NCBI GenBank assembly: GCA_963709345.1 | Contig: CAVPVX010000007.1 | Coordinates: forward strand, 320,001-384,000 | Reading direction: 5' to 3' | Origin: an uncultured Actinomycetes bacterium | GTDB taxonomy: Bacteria; Actinomycetota; Thermoleophilia; UBA2241 | Length of the DNA stretch: 64,000 nucleotides | Shown: positions 40,513 to 52,206 of the stretch, piece after piece | Layout of the letters: the number at the start of each line of letters is the position of its first letter | How positions within the stretch are numbered: position 1 is the stretch's first letter | Made by a program: the position numbers and the translations under genes | Notes under the pieces: model-generated | The model's input: the letters and a program-made list of their open reading frames with translations, nothing else | The model's database searches: none | Told to the model about the DNA's origin: nothing

Positions 40513-42918
40513 CTACTTCTCGAAGACCAGGTGATCGCCGCTCACGCCCACCCGGATGGTATCCCCCTCGGTGAATGAGCCGCTGAGCAGCTCTTTCGAG
40601 AGCGGGTTCTCGATCAGCCGCTGGATGGCGCGCTTGAGCGGCCGCGCCCCGAACCGCGGATCGTACCCGGCGTTCGCGACGAAGCTACGCGCCTCCGGGG
40701 TCACCTCGAACCGCATGCCCTGGCCCTCCACCAGGCGCCGCACGTGCGTCAGCAGCAGGTCGGCGATCTGCTCGAGCGCGGCGCGGCCGAGGCCGTGGAA
40801 CACGATCGTGTCGTCGATCCGGTTCAGGAACTCCGGCCGGAAGGTCTGCCCGAGCGCCCCCATGAGCCGGCTCTCGACGGCGTCGTAGTCGCTCTCCATC
40901 TCCTCGGCGTCGGGGATGAGATCCGCGCCGACATTGCTGGTCATGATGACGACGGTGTTCTTGAAGTCGACGGTGCGGCCCTTGTTGTCGGTGAGACGGC
41001 CGTCGTCGAGCACCTGCAGCAGGATGTTGAACACGTCCGGGTGCGCCTTCTCGATCTCGTCGAAGAGCACGACGCTGTACGGGTGCCGGCGGACAGCCTC
41101 GGTGAGCTGGCCGCCCTCCTCGTAGCCCACGTAGCCGGGCGGCGAGCCGACAAGGCGACTCACGGAGAACTTCTCCATGTACTCGCTCATGTCGAGCCGC
41201 ACCATGGCGCTCTCGTCGTCGAAGAGGAACTCGGCCAGCGCCCGGGCGAGCTCGGTCTTGCCCACTCCCGTCGGGCCGAGGAAGAGGAACGAGCCGATCG
41301 GCCGCTTGGGGTCCTTGAGCCCGGCGCGGGCGCGCCGCACGGCCTCGGACACGGCGACGACCGCCTTGTCCTGGCCGATGACGCGCCCGTGCAGTCGCTC
41401 TTCCATCTGGAGGAGCTTCTCGGTCTCCTCCTCCTTCATGCGCTGCACCGGGATGCCCGTCCAGGCGCTCACGATGCCGGCGATGTCGTCGCCGCCGATC
41501 GTCGCCTCGGCGATGCCCTTGTCGGCCAGCCACGCCTCCTTGGCGGTCACGAAGGTCTGCTGGATCTTGTCGGTCTGCTCCTTGAGCTGGGCGGCACGCT
41601 CGTAGTCCTGCGCCTGCACGGCGGCAGCTCCTTCGCGCGTCAACTCCTGGAGGCGACGTTCCATGTCACGCAGATCCGGCGGCAGCATCGTCGCCTCGAT
41701 GCGCATCTTGCTGGCCGCCTCGTCGAGCAGGTCGATGGCCTTGTCGGGCAGGAAGCGGTCGCTGATGTAGCGGTCGCTGAGCACCGCCGACTCGCGGATC
41801 GCCTCGTCGGTGATCTTGACCTTGTGGTGTGCTTCGTACTTGTCGCGCAGCCCCGTGAGGATGGCGATCGTCTCCTCGACCGTCGGCTCGCCGACGAGGA
41901 CAGGCTGGAAGCGGCGCTCGAGCGCAGCGTCCTTCTCGACGTTCTCGCGGTACTCGTCGAGCGTCGTCGCGCCGACGCACTGAAGCTCGCCGCGAGCCAG
42001 CATCGGCTTCATCATGTTGGAGGCGTCCATCGCGCCCTCCGCGGCGCCGGCGCCCACCACGGTGTGGAGCTCGTCGATGAAGAGGATCACATCCTTGGAC
42101 CGCTGGATCTCGTCGAGGGCTCCCTTGAGACGCTCCTCGAATTCGCCGCGGTACTTGGCGCCGGCGACCATGGCGCCGAGGTCGAGCGCGAGCACGCGCT
42201 TACCGCGCAGCGACTCGGGAACGTCGCCGTCCACGACCTTCTGCGCCAGTCCCTCGGCGATGGCGGTCTTGCCGACGCCGGGCTCGCCGATCACGACCGG
42301 GTTGTTCTTGGTCCTGCGGCTGAGCACCTGGATGACGCGCTTGATCTCCTCGTCGCGGCCGATGACGGGGTCGAGCTTGTCGTCGGCGGCCAGCGCCGTG
42401 AGGTCACGCGTGTACTTGCCGAGCATGCTCTCGCCGGTCGCCTGGCCCTCGTAGTCGACGCCGGTGGCGCGGGTCTGCTGCAGCGCCTTCATCACGCCCT
42501 CCTCGGTCAAGCCGAGATCGCGCAGCGTCGCGCCGCCGGGCCCGTCGCCCTCGAGCATGATGCCGAGCAGAAGGTGCTCGGTGCCGATGAAGGCGTCGCC
42601 CATGGCCTGCGCCTTCTGGGCCGCGATGTCGAGTGCGGCTTTGGCCCGCGGCGTGAGGTACAGCTGGTCGGCGTCGCCGCCGGGGCCGCCGACGCGGCCC
42701 GCCCCGGCGGTCTGCAGGTAGTGGTTGGCGCGCGCCATGGCGACGCCCTTGTCGACGCCCAGCAGGCTGAACACCTGCTCGACGACGCCGCCCGGCAGAC
42801 TGAGCACGCCTATCAGCAGGTGCTCGGTGCCGAGCTGGTTGCCCGGACCGCGGCGCACGATGCCCTGCGCCGTCTCGAGCGCTTCTCGCGCCCGCTCGGA
42901 GAACCTGTTCATATCCAT
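40513..42918 (-). CDS. Hsp100/Clp AAA+ ATPase (ClpC-type middle domain, no IGF loop)
   Basis: Clp N repeats; [33 protein letters not shown]; short YERAAQLK middle domain. Confidence 0.92.
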   Translation of the reverse strand: MDMNRFSERAREALETAQGIVRRGPGNQLGTEHLLIGVLSLPGGVVEQVFSLLGVDKGVAMARANHYLQTAGAGRVGGPGGDADQLYLTPRAKAALDIAAQKAQAMGDAFIGTEHLLLGIMLEGDGPGGATLRDLGLTEEGVMKALQQTRATGVDYEGQATGESMLGKYTRDLTALAADDKLDPVIGRDEEIKRVIQVLSRRTKNNPVVIGEPGVGKTAIAEGLAQKVVDGDVPESLRGKRVLALDLGAMVAGAKYRGEFEERLKGALDEIQRSKDVILFIDELHTVVGAGAAEGAMDASNMMKPMLARGELQCVGATTLDEYRENVEKDAALERRFQPVLVGEPTVEETIAILTGLRDKYEAHHKVKITDEAIRESAVLSDRYISDRFLPDKAIDLLDEAASKMRIEATMLPPDLRDMERRLQELTREGAAAVQAQDYERAAQLKEQTDKIQQTFVTAKEAWLADKGIAEATIGGDDIAGIVSAWTGIPVQRMKEEETEKLLQMEERLHGRVIGQDKAVVAVSEAVRRARAGLKDPKRPIGSFLFLGPTGVGKTELARALAEFLFDDESAMVRLDMSEYMEKFSVSRLVGSPPGYVGYEEGGQLTEAVRRHPYSVVLFDEIEKAHPDVFNILLQVLDDGRLTDNKGRTVDFKNTVVIMTSNVGADLIPDAEEMESDYDAVESRLMGALGQTFRPEFLNRIDDTIVFHGLGRAALEQIADLLLTHVRRLVEGQGMRFEVTPEARSFVANAGYDPRFGARPLKRAIQRLIENPLSKELLSGSFTEGDTIRVGVSGDHLVFEK

Positions 42919-42949
42919 GGGGATCCTCGCTCTGCTCTCGTGCCGCGCG

Positions 42950-43360
42950 TCATACGCGCCGCCGCCGGCGTCCCAGCCGCACCATCTGGCTGCTCGCGAC
43001 CGGCACCAGCTCCAGACGGTGCGAACGCTCGACGCGCTCGACCTCGCGACGCATCGCGAGGGCGGCCTCGTCGAGCCTCGTCTGCAGACGCGCCATGTCG
43101 CGGCGCAGGCCGGCCAATTGCTGTTCCATCACGAGGACGCGCTCGACACCCGCGAGATTCAAGCCCAGCTCCGTCAGCTCCTGGATGCGCAGCAGCCTCT
43201 CCACGTCGCGGCGCGAGTAGCGCCGCGTGTTCTTCGCCGTCCTCTGCGGGTGCACCAGGCCGCGGCGCTCGTAGAGTCGCAGCGTCTGCGGGTGCATCCC
43301 GGCGAGCTCGGCCGCGACCGAGATCGAGTAGAGCGGCATATCTCCGTCATCACGTCTCAT
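42950..43360 (-). CDS. hspR: heat-shock repressor HspR (MerR family)
   Basis: [25 protein letters not shown]...GLNLAGV. Confidence 0.92.
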   Translation of the reverse strand: MRRDDGDMPLYSISVAAELAGMHPQTLRLYERRGLVHPQRTAKNTRRYSRRDVERLLRIQELTELGLNLAGVERVLVMEQQLAGLRRDMARLQTRLDEAALAMRREVERVERSHRLELVPVASSQMVRLGRRRRRV

Positions 43361-43391
43361 CGTTCAGCCATCGTCTCCGGGAGGCTTCGCG

Positions 43392-44531
43392 TCATCCCGC
43401 CGTCGAGCGCGGGTCGGGGAAGGTCGCGGCGAGCTTCTCGAACAGTTGCCTCTGCTCCTTGGTCAGCTTGGCCGGCACCTCGACCCGGACCTTGACGAGG
43501 AGGTCGCCGTGCCCGCCTTTGAGCTTCGTCATGCCCTTGCCGCGCACGCGCAGCGTGCGCCCGTCCTGGGTGCCGGCGGGGATCTTGAGCGAGACCCCGC
43601 CGCCGCCCGGAGTCGGGACCTTGACGCTCGCGCCCAACGCCGCCTCGGCGACGGTGACCGGCACCTCGACGACGAGGTTGTCGCCGCGCCGGTCGAAGAG
43701 GTCGTCTGTCTCGACGTGCACGCGCACGTAGAGGTCGCCGGCCGGCCCGCCACGAAGGCCGGCCTCACCCTTGCCCTTGATGCGGATCTTGCTACCGTCC
43801 TTGACACCCGCCGGCACTTTGACCTGGTACCGGCGGGTCTTGTGCTGGACGCCGCTGCCGTGACACCCCGGGCACGGGCTCTCGATGATCGTGCCTTGCC
43901 CGTGGCAGCGCGGGCACGGCTGCGAGATCGCGAACGGACCCTGATTGCGGGCGACGACGCCGCGGCCCTGGCACTCCGGGCACACCTTGGGCGTCGTCCC
44001 CGGCTTGGCGCCGCTCCCGTGACAGGTGGCGCACGTGTCGGGCTTGTCGACCGGCACCCGGACTGTCACGCCGCGGAGGGCGTCGTCGAACGAGATGGTC
44101 ACGTCGACCTGGAGGTCGGCGCCGCGCTCGGCGGCCCTGCGGCGCCCGCGCCCGGCTCCGGGGCCGCCCGCGGTGCCACCGAACAGGTTGCCGAGGATGT
44201 CGCCGAGGTCGCCCATCTCGAACTGCGCGCCGCCCTGGCCGAACGCGCTCGGATCGAACCCCTGGTAGCCCCCGGCGCCCGGCCGGAAGCCGCCCGCACC
44301 CGGGCCCCCGCCGAAGGCGCCGAGCCGGCTCATCTCGTCGTAGTGCTTGCGCCGTTCGGGGTCGGAGAGCATCTCGTAGGCCTCGCTGACCTCCTTGAAC
44401 TTATCCTCGGCCGCCTTGTCACCGGGGTTCTTGTCCGGGTGATGCTGGCGCGCAAGCTTGCGGAACGCCTTCTTGATGTCGTCCTGAGAGGCCCCTTTGG
44501 GGACGCCGAGAGTCGTGTAGAAGTCGCTCAT
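43392..44531 (-). CDS. dnaJ: chaperone DnaJ
   Basis: J domain HPD, G/F-rich region, four CxxCxGxG repeats. Confidence 0.96.
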   Translation of the reverse strand: MSDFYTTLGVPKGASQDDIKKAFRKLARQHHPDKNPGDKAAEDKFKEVSEAYEMLSDPERRKHYDEMSRLGAFGGGPGAGGFRPGAGGYQGFDPSAFGQGGAQFEMGDLGDILGNLFGGTAGGPGAGRGRRRAAERGADLQVDVTISFDDALRGVTVRVPVDKPDTCATCHGSGAKPGTTPKVCPECQGRGVVARNQGPFAISQPCPRCHGQGTIIESPCPGCHGSGVQHKTRRYQVKVPAGVKDGSKIRIKGKGEAGLRGGPAGDLYVRVHVETDDLFDRRGDNLVVEVPVTVAEAALGASVKVPTPGGGGVSLKIPAGTQDGRTLRVRGKGMTKLKGGHGDLLVKVRVEVPAKLTKEQRQLFEKLAATFPDPRSTAG

Positions 44532-44541
44532 CCCGACCGAC

Positions 44542-45144
44542 TCAGCTCACCACGATGACCTTGGCCGGACGAAGCAGCCTGCCGTGCAGCAGGTAGCCAC
44601 GCTCCAGCACCTGCAGCACCGTGCCCTCGGAGTACTCCGGCGACGCCTGGGTCATGATCGCCTCGTGCAGATTGGGGTCGAAGAGGATTCCCGGCTCCGC
44701 CGGTATCTCCTCGAGACCGTGGCCCTCGAGCGTGCCGCGCAGCTGGCCGGAGACCAACTCGAGGCCGGCCAGCAGCTGACCCTCTTCGTGCCGGGCGGCC
44801 GCATCGAGCGCCCGGCTCATGTTGTCCATGACCGGCAGCAAGGACTCGACGACGGTCTCGGCGGCCCGCAGGCGCAGCTCCTCGTGGTCGCGCTGGACGC
44901 GCTTGCGGTAGTTCTCGAACTCGGCCTTGAGGCGCCGCAGATGGTCGAGGTACTCGTCGCGCTCACGCTCGACCTCGGCCGGCTGCCCGGCCTCGCCGGT
45001 CGGCGGTGAGGCCACTCCGGCGCCGGACTCGGCCGCTTCGCCGGCAGCGGCCGGCTCGGCCGCCTCGACGTCGATCTTGACCTCTGCGGCGCCGGCGCGC
45101 CCGGGGCGCTTCTCGTCGCGCTTCGTGTGCTTCCTGTCCGTCAT
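44542..45144 (-). CDS. grpE: nucleotide exchange factor GrpE
   Basis: [35 protein letters not shown] motifs. Confidence 0.95.
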   Translation of the reverse strand: MTDRKHTKRDEKRPGRAGAAEVKIDVEAAEPAAAGEAAESGAGVASPPTGEAGQPAEVERERDEYLDHLRRLKAEFENYRKRVQRDHEELRLRAAETVVESLLPVMDNMSRALDAAARHEEGQLLAGLELVSGQLRGTLEGHGLEEIPAEPGILFDPNLHEAIMTQASPEYSEGTVLQVLERGYLLHGRLLRPAKVIVVS

Positions 45145-45253
45145 GTCCGTTCTCTGTGTCGTCTCATGCGCGGCACGCGGCCGCTCCGTCTCGCCGGGGA
45201 GTCCGGGCGGGGCGAAGCGCAGTGCCCCGCCCCGCCGGCGCTCCCGGCGCGTC

Positions 45254-45709
45254 TCAGCTCTCCGCCTTCTTGGTGTCGACCGCCTTCTTGGCCTTGACCT
45301 CGATGCGTTGCGGTTTCTCCTCGTCGGCCTTCGGTACGGTCACCGTGAGGATTCCGTCGTCGTACCCTGCCTGGATCTCGCCGGCCTTGACGCCCTGCGG
45401 CAGCGCCAGACTGCGCTGGAAGCTGCCGAAGCGGCGCTCCACGCGGTAGTAGCGCTCGTCCTCGATCTCTTCCTCGAACTTGCGCTCGCCCTTGATGGTG
45501 AGCACGTTGTCCTCGACCTCGATCTCGATGTCGTCGGGGTCCATGCCGGCGAGCTCGGCCTTGAGGACGACGGCGCCCTTCCTGTCGAAGACATCGACCG
45601 CCGGCAGCCAGCTCTCCTGACGGCCCGACCAGACCTGGTCGACCAGCCGGTTGAACTGGTTCTGGACCTGGGTCATCTCGCGGAACGGATCCCATCTGAT
45701 GATCGCCAT
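45254..45709 (-). CDS. Hsp20/alpha-crystallin small heat-shock protein
   Basis: WDPFRE, PAVDV, LTIKGER, ERRFGSFQRS, GILTVTVPK motifs. Confidence 0.93.
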   Translation of the reverse strand: MAIIRWDPFREMTQVQNQFNRLVDQVWSGRQESWLPAVDVFDRKGAVVLKAELAGMDPDDIEIEVEDNVLTIKGERKFEEEIEDERYYRVERRFGSFQRSLALPQGVKAGEIQAGYDDGILTVTVPKADEEKPQRIEVKAKKAVDTKKAES

Positions 45710-45789
45710 GGTTGACACCTCCCTGTGGTGTGGTGGATGACGGCGGGCGGGCCCGGCGAAAGGCGTCGCCCGCCGTTGGCTCCTGTCTG

Positions 45790-47691
<1,902 letters not shown>

Positions 47692-47725
47692 GAAAGCTCC
47701 TCCCTGCAGGATTACTCTGATAGGA

Positions 47726-47758
47726 ATCATAAAAGTTGAGTCAGTACGTGTCAACTTT
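47726..47758 (-). promoter_or_regulatory. dnaK promoter overlapped by a HAIR-like HspR operator
   Basis: Minus strand TTGACA-17 nt-TATGAT; inverted repeat AAAGTTGAGT-N7-TGTCAACTTT resembles CTTGAGT-N7-ACTCAAG. Confidence 0.85.
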
Positions 47759-48447
47759 GTACCCGGGTCGCTCGCTGCCCAAACGCCCCTTTCGGACACC
47801 GGGCGGGGTGATCCTCGCGTCCCCGGCCGGCGAGATCGCGGTCCGGGCACTCAAGCGCGCTTGGCGCCGCCGCCGACAGGGACGCAACGCCGGCGGCGAT
47901 GCAACGCCGAGCGTGCGTTGCGCACAAGCGCGCGGCCGGTACTCTGCGGTTGAGGGAACTGGGGGTGGGGGCTGGAGGAGCGTGCGACGAGCGTCTACGT
48001 GACACGACGTCACGTGCGTTGGCACACTCCAGATCCCGTAGACATCCACGGGTAAGCCGGGATACCCCGACGGCCGCCCGGCTTGCGGGCTACGTGCTCA
48101 CCGGCTACTTCAACACGTGTCGCCCGACAGCGGCATCGCACGGCCGGTCTACGAAGAGAGGGCCGAGACGGCGCGCTCCCGCACCCAGACGCTGGCGATC
48201 GCACGCAGCGAGGGTTGCGCCACGTGTCACGTGAGCAACCACTCACCCGTCAAGGTCAACCAGAAGATCAAGCACGAAGGCACCGTCGTGACCAGCTCCA
48301 TGGTCGCCGGCGCCGAGAAGGTGACCGTGTAGTGCAAGAAGGGCGGCGCCCAACGGGCATGGCGGTTCGGTTGCCGATTCGGCTGCCGAAACCGCCAAGT
48401 CGTTGCCGAACCCTACACATCTCGCCGTTCAGCGGTTAGACTGTCGC

Positions 48448-48637
48448 GCACACGCGCGGCGTGTGTCCGCGCTCAGGCAGTCCGCCGCGTCGTCGCCGGA
48501 CGCGACGTCCGGGAGCAGATCGCTCCCGAGTCTCAGGCGGACGAGACACGACTGTGAGATGATGCGCAGACTGACGTGACCTCGCCACGCTCTGAACGAG
48601 CACACGCCGCGCCGCCCGCCCTACTTCACGGCGGCGC
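48448..48637 (+). ncRNA. candidate structured 5' leader (riboswitch-like) or small RNA upstream of the aminotransferase
   Basis: 12-bp closing stem 48454-48465/48601-48612, nested stems with G-U pairs, competing hairpins; -10 TAGACT at 48437. Confidence 0.5.
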
Positions 48638-48709
48638 CGCCACCATTCCGTATCCCTGCCTCATCCTCTGGAGACCGAGGCGGGACGACTGCGAAGGAGA
48701 GTAACCCAC

Positions 48710-50089
48710 ATGGCAGAGTGCGTACCGAACCGCAAGCTCATTGCGGAACTCATGGAGAGAGAAGAGAAGCGGCTCGAGAAGGAGACGCCCAAGTCCTACG
48801 AGATCTACCAGCGCGCCATCAAATCGATGCCTATGGGCGTCGCGTCGTCGTATCAGGCCCGCGACCCTTACCCGGTCTACTTCACCCACGGCACGGGCCC
48901 GCACATCTGGACCGTCGAAGGCCGGGAGATCGCCGACTTCCACAACGGCTTCGGCTGCATGGTGCAGGGCCATGCGCATCCCGTCATCGTCGAGGCCATC
49001 CAGAAGCGCGCGCCGTTGGGCACGCAGTTCGCCCTGCCGACCGAAGACTCCGTCATCATGGCCGAGAACCTCGCCGGCGCCTTCAAGCTCCCCAAGTGGC
49101 GCTTCGTCAACTCGGGCTCCGAGGCCACGATGGACGCCATCCGCGTGGCGCGCGCGTTCACCGGCCGTGAACCGATCGTCAAGATGTTCGGCTCCTACCA
49201 CGGTCACCACGACTACGTCATGGTCAGCATCGGCGCCCTCGACTACGGCAAGATCGGCCCGCGCGACAACTATTGCTCGCTCCCCTACGGCGCCGGCATC
49301 CCGCAGAGCTCGATCGACCTCACCGTCGCGGTGCCCTTCAACGACATCGAGAACATCACCAAGCGCATCGAGCGCATGGTCGACGAAGGCAACCCGCCGG
49401 CCTGCGTCATCATGGAAGCCGCCATGATGAACCTCGGCGTCGTGCTGCCCGAGCCGGGCTTCCTCGAGGGCATCCGCAAGCTCACCAAGAAGCACGGCAT
49501 CGTCCTGATCTTCGACGACGTCAAGGTCGGCATCTGCACCGCCCGCGGCGGCTCGGTCGAGCGCTGGGGCGTCCTGCCCGACATGGTCACGCTCGGCAAG
49601 GCCCTCGCCGGCGGCACGCCGGCCGGCGCCATCGGCGGCAGCGACGAGGTCATGGCGATGGTCAACGACGGCACCGTCTTCCAGGTCGGTACCTACTCAG
49701 GCAACCCGCTCGCCATGGCGGCCGCACGCGCCAGCTTCGAGCAGGTCATGACGGATGACGCCTACAAGCACCTCAACCACCTGAACGACAAGATCATCGC
49801 CGGGTGCGACGCGGTCTGCACGAAGTACGACTTCCCCGGCTACACGGTCGGCATCTCGTCCAAGGGCTGCGTCAACTTCGCCCTCGACAAGATCACCGAC
49901 TACGAGTCGTTCATCAAGACCCAGGACCACGAGCTCGTCGCCTTGGCGTGGCTCTACAACATGAACCGCGGCATCATCATCGCCCCCGGCCGCGAGGAGG
50001 AGTGGACGCTCTCCATCACCCACACCGACGCTGACATCGATCTCTACATCAGCGCCTTCGAGGACCTCGTCCGCGACGTCACCGCCTGA
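48710..50089 (+). CDS. class III PLP aminotransferase (glutamate-1-semialdehyde aminomutase-like)
   Basis: GHAHP, RFVNSGSEATM, YHGHHD, LIFDDVKVG, PDMVTLGKA, GTYSGNP motifs. Confidence 0.88.
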   Translation: MAECVPNRKLIAELMEREEKRLEKETPKSYEIYQRAIKSMPMGVASSYQARDPYPVYFTHGTGPHIWTVEGREIADFHNGFGCMVQGHAHPVIVEAIQKRAPLGTQFALPTEDSVIMAENLAGAFKLPKWRFVNSGSEATMDAIRVARAFTGREPIVKMFGSYHGHHDYVMVSIGALDYGKIGPRDNYCSLPYGAGIPQSSIDLTVAVPFNDIENITKRIERMVDEGNPPACVIMEAAMMNLGVVLPEPGFLEGIRKLTKKHGIVLIFDDVKVGICTARGGSVERWGVLPDMVTLGKALAGGTPAGAIGGSDEVMAMVNDGTVFQVGTYSGNPLAMAAARASFEQVMTDDAYKHLNHLNDKIIAGCDAVCTKYDFPGYTVGISSKGCVNFALDKITDYESFIKTQDHELVALAWLYNMNRGIIIAPGREEEWTLSITHTDADIDLYISAFEDLVRDVTA

Positions 50090-50144
50090 GCCGGAGACAC
50101 AGGGCCGGCCGCCGGGAGCGGGACCGGCTTCGCGCGCGAACGAA

Positions 50145-50180
50145 GAAGGGGCGGGCGGCCTTTCGGCCGCCCGCCCCTTT
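50145..50180 (+). terminator. rho-independent terminator
   Basis: AAGGGGCGGGCGGCC-TTTC-GGCCGCCCGCCCCTTT. Confidence 0.75.
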
Positions 50181-50225
50181 GCTTCCTCTCGCTCGCCGCA
50201 CCCGAACGCCGGTGCGGCACGCGGC

Positions 50226-51107
50226 TCAACCGGCGGTGTCGGCGCCCCAATCGATCTCCGGCTCCGAGAGCGGTGGGCGCTGCGGCTCACCTGGCCCGTC
50301 ACCGTCGGCGATATCGTCCAGAAGCTGGCTCACCTCGGCCCAGACGCTGTCGCGGTGAGCCTGCAGTTCGGCGGCGTCGTCGGCGCGGGACTGCCGCTCC
50401 GCCTTCACCAGCAGCACGCCGGCTTCAGCCAGCTTGCCGAGGATGCTCACGACGGTGATCTCCTCCAGACGGCTCTCGCGCGTGATCTGCTTGACGGTGC
50501 GCTGCCCGTCCACCTGCAGCAGCACCATGAACTCGTCGCGGCCCATCGGCAGCGGGTTGCGGGGCAGCGTGACGTAGTCGCCGTTGCGCACCAGCACCGT
50601 CGCCGGCTGCCCGAGCATCTCGACCGCCAGGCAGTATTCGCCGCCCAGCGCCGAAATGTCGAGCAGCACCGAGTGCGTGTCGACGGTGATGAAATCGACG
50701 GAATGCGGGTCGGGGTCGACGATGAAGACGAAGGTCCCCGATGTCTCGAGCTTGGCGGCAACGAGCGTGTTCGCGATCTGCCGCGACAGCACGTCGCGGA
50801 GCGCGTCCTCGGCGACGGCCCCTCCCTCTACCAGCAAGGACCCCACCGGCCTCGGCCGCGCCTCCTGCACGGTGAGCGCGGCGGCGAGTTGCGCCTCGTT
50901 CACAAGTGCGCGCTTGAGCAACTGGCTGCCGATCACGGTGTCGGCGACCACGCGGGTCGAGTCGCGAGTCTCCGCGATCCGCCCCCCGGCGAAGTGCACG
51001 TCGACGATGCGCTCCGGGCACTCGATGTGCAGCGTACCGGAGCGGCGCGTCCGCCCAAGCATCTGCAGGATGTCGACGATGCCGAAGGTATCAAGGGTGC
51101 CCCGCAT
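50226..51107 (-). CDS. DUF4388 (PatA-N)-domain protein
   Basis: MRGTLDTFGIVDILQMLG..RRSGTL; IGSQLL...QLAAAL..Q repeat; C-terminal winged helix. Confidence 0.8.
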   Translation of the reverse strand: MRGTLDTFGIVDILQMLGRTRRSGTLHIECPERIVDVHFAGGRIAETRDSTRVVADTVIGSQLLKRALVNEAQLAAALTVQEARPRPVGSLLVEGGAVAEDALRDVLSRQIANTLVAAKLETSGTFVFIVDPDPHSVDFITVDTHSVLLDISALGGEYCLAVEMLGQPATVLVRNGDYVTLPRNPLPMGRDEFMVLLQVDGQRTVKQITRESRLEEITVVSILGKLAEAGVLLVKAERQSRADDAAELQAHRDSVWAEVSQLLDDIADGDGPGEPQRPPLSEPEIDWGADTAG

Positions 51108-51135
51108 GGTGCGCCGAAGTCTATAATCGGAGCCG

Positions 51136-51789
51136 ATGAACGTCGACCTCCACACGCACACGTACCCGGCCTCCGACTGCTCCCGCATCGCCTACCGCGA
51201 CTACATCGCGTGGTGCGTAGCGCACGAGGTCGAGGCCGTCGCCCTGACCAACCACGGCGACGTGACGGACAACCTCAAGCTCGGTCCGGCCCTGGCCGCC
51301 GAGGGCGTGCTGCTGATCGACGGTGTCGAGATCAGCACGCTGTTCGGCGACTTCATCATCTTCTCGCCGGACCTGGACCTGCTGGCGACGTTCAGAGACG
51401 TGCAGGACGTCCCTCGCGACGGCGAGCTGCCCGGCGACGCAGCCGTCGTCTGGGTCCACCCCGGAGCCGGCGGAGGGCGCAGCGGCTCAGCCTACTACCC
51501 GGGCATCGATCGGATGGTCGCGGGTATCGTCGACGCCGTGGAGGTCTACAACGCCTCCTGGCTCGCCGACCGGTACGTCGCCGCGGCGGAGAGCCTGGCG
51601 GCGCAACTCGGGGCCGCGCGCACGGGCGGCAGCGACGCCCACGACGCGGCGCAGATCATGAAGTGCTACACGGAGCTGCCGGACCCCGTGCGATCCACCG
51701 CCGACGTCGTCGTCGCCATCAGGGCAGGCCGCACCACCCCTCACCGCAGCGAAGCCCCTGCGCGCAAGCGCCGGTTCGGACTCTTCTAG
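51136..51789 (+). CDS. PHP-domain metal-dependent phosphoesterase
   Basis: DLHTHT, LTNH, GVEIST, HP, VEVYN and GGSDAH motifs; TATAAT 8 nt upstream, so probably leaderless. Confidence 0.88.
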   Translation: MNVDLHTHTYPASDCSRIAYRDYIAWCVAHEVEAVALTNHGDVTDNLKLGPALAAEGVLLIDGVEISTLFGDFIIFSPDLDLLATFRDVQDVPRDGELPGDAAVVWVHPGAGGGRSGSAYYPGIDRMVAGIVDAVEVYNASWLADRYVAAAESLAAQLGAARTGGSDAHDAAQIMKCYTELPDPVRSTADVVVAIRAGRTTPHRSEAPARKRRFGLF

Positions 51790-51797
51790 GAGGCGCC

Positions 51798-52190
51798 ATG
51801 TGGACGCTCCAGGTGCGCACGCACCGGCGTGTGACCTTCACCGACATCACCCATGACGTGGCGGCGCTGGTCCGCGACCGCGGCGACGGGCTCGTCACCG
51901 TCTTCGTGCCGCACACGACCGCCGGCGTCACCATCAACGAGAACGCCGACCCCTCGGTGCGGGACGACCTGGAGATGGCCCTGGACCGCCTCGTTCCGGC
52001 CGGACTGCCTTTCACTCACCTCGAGGGCAACAGCGACGCCCACACGAAGGCCAGCCTGATGGGCAGCAGCGTCTGCGTGCCGGTGCACAACGGGGCCCTG
52101 CAACTGGGCACGTGGCAGGGCATCTACTTCGCCGAGTTCGACGGACCGCGGAGCCGGCGGACCCTGGTGACCTTCACGGCGACGGCGTAG
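51798..52190 (+). CDS. yjbQ: YjbQ/UPF0047 family protein
   Basis: HTTAGVTINENADP, EGNSDAH, LGTWQGIYFAEFDGPR motifs. Confidence 0.93.
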   Translation: MWTLQVRTHRRVTFTDITHDVAALVRDRGDGLVTVFVPHTTAGVTINENADPSVRDDLEMALDRLVPAGLPFTHLEGNSDAHTKASLMGSSVCVPVHNGALQLGTWQGIYFAEFDGPRSRRTLVTFTATA

Positions 52191-52206
52191 TCGCCGGCCG
52201 CGACCC

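Noticed and set aside
48520-48547. Glycine riboswitch or SRP RNA in the aminotransferase leader
   Set aside because: CTCAGGC is present but the GGAGA/CCGAAG core and the SRP GGAA tetraloop motif are missing.
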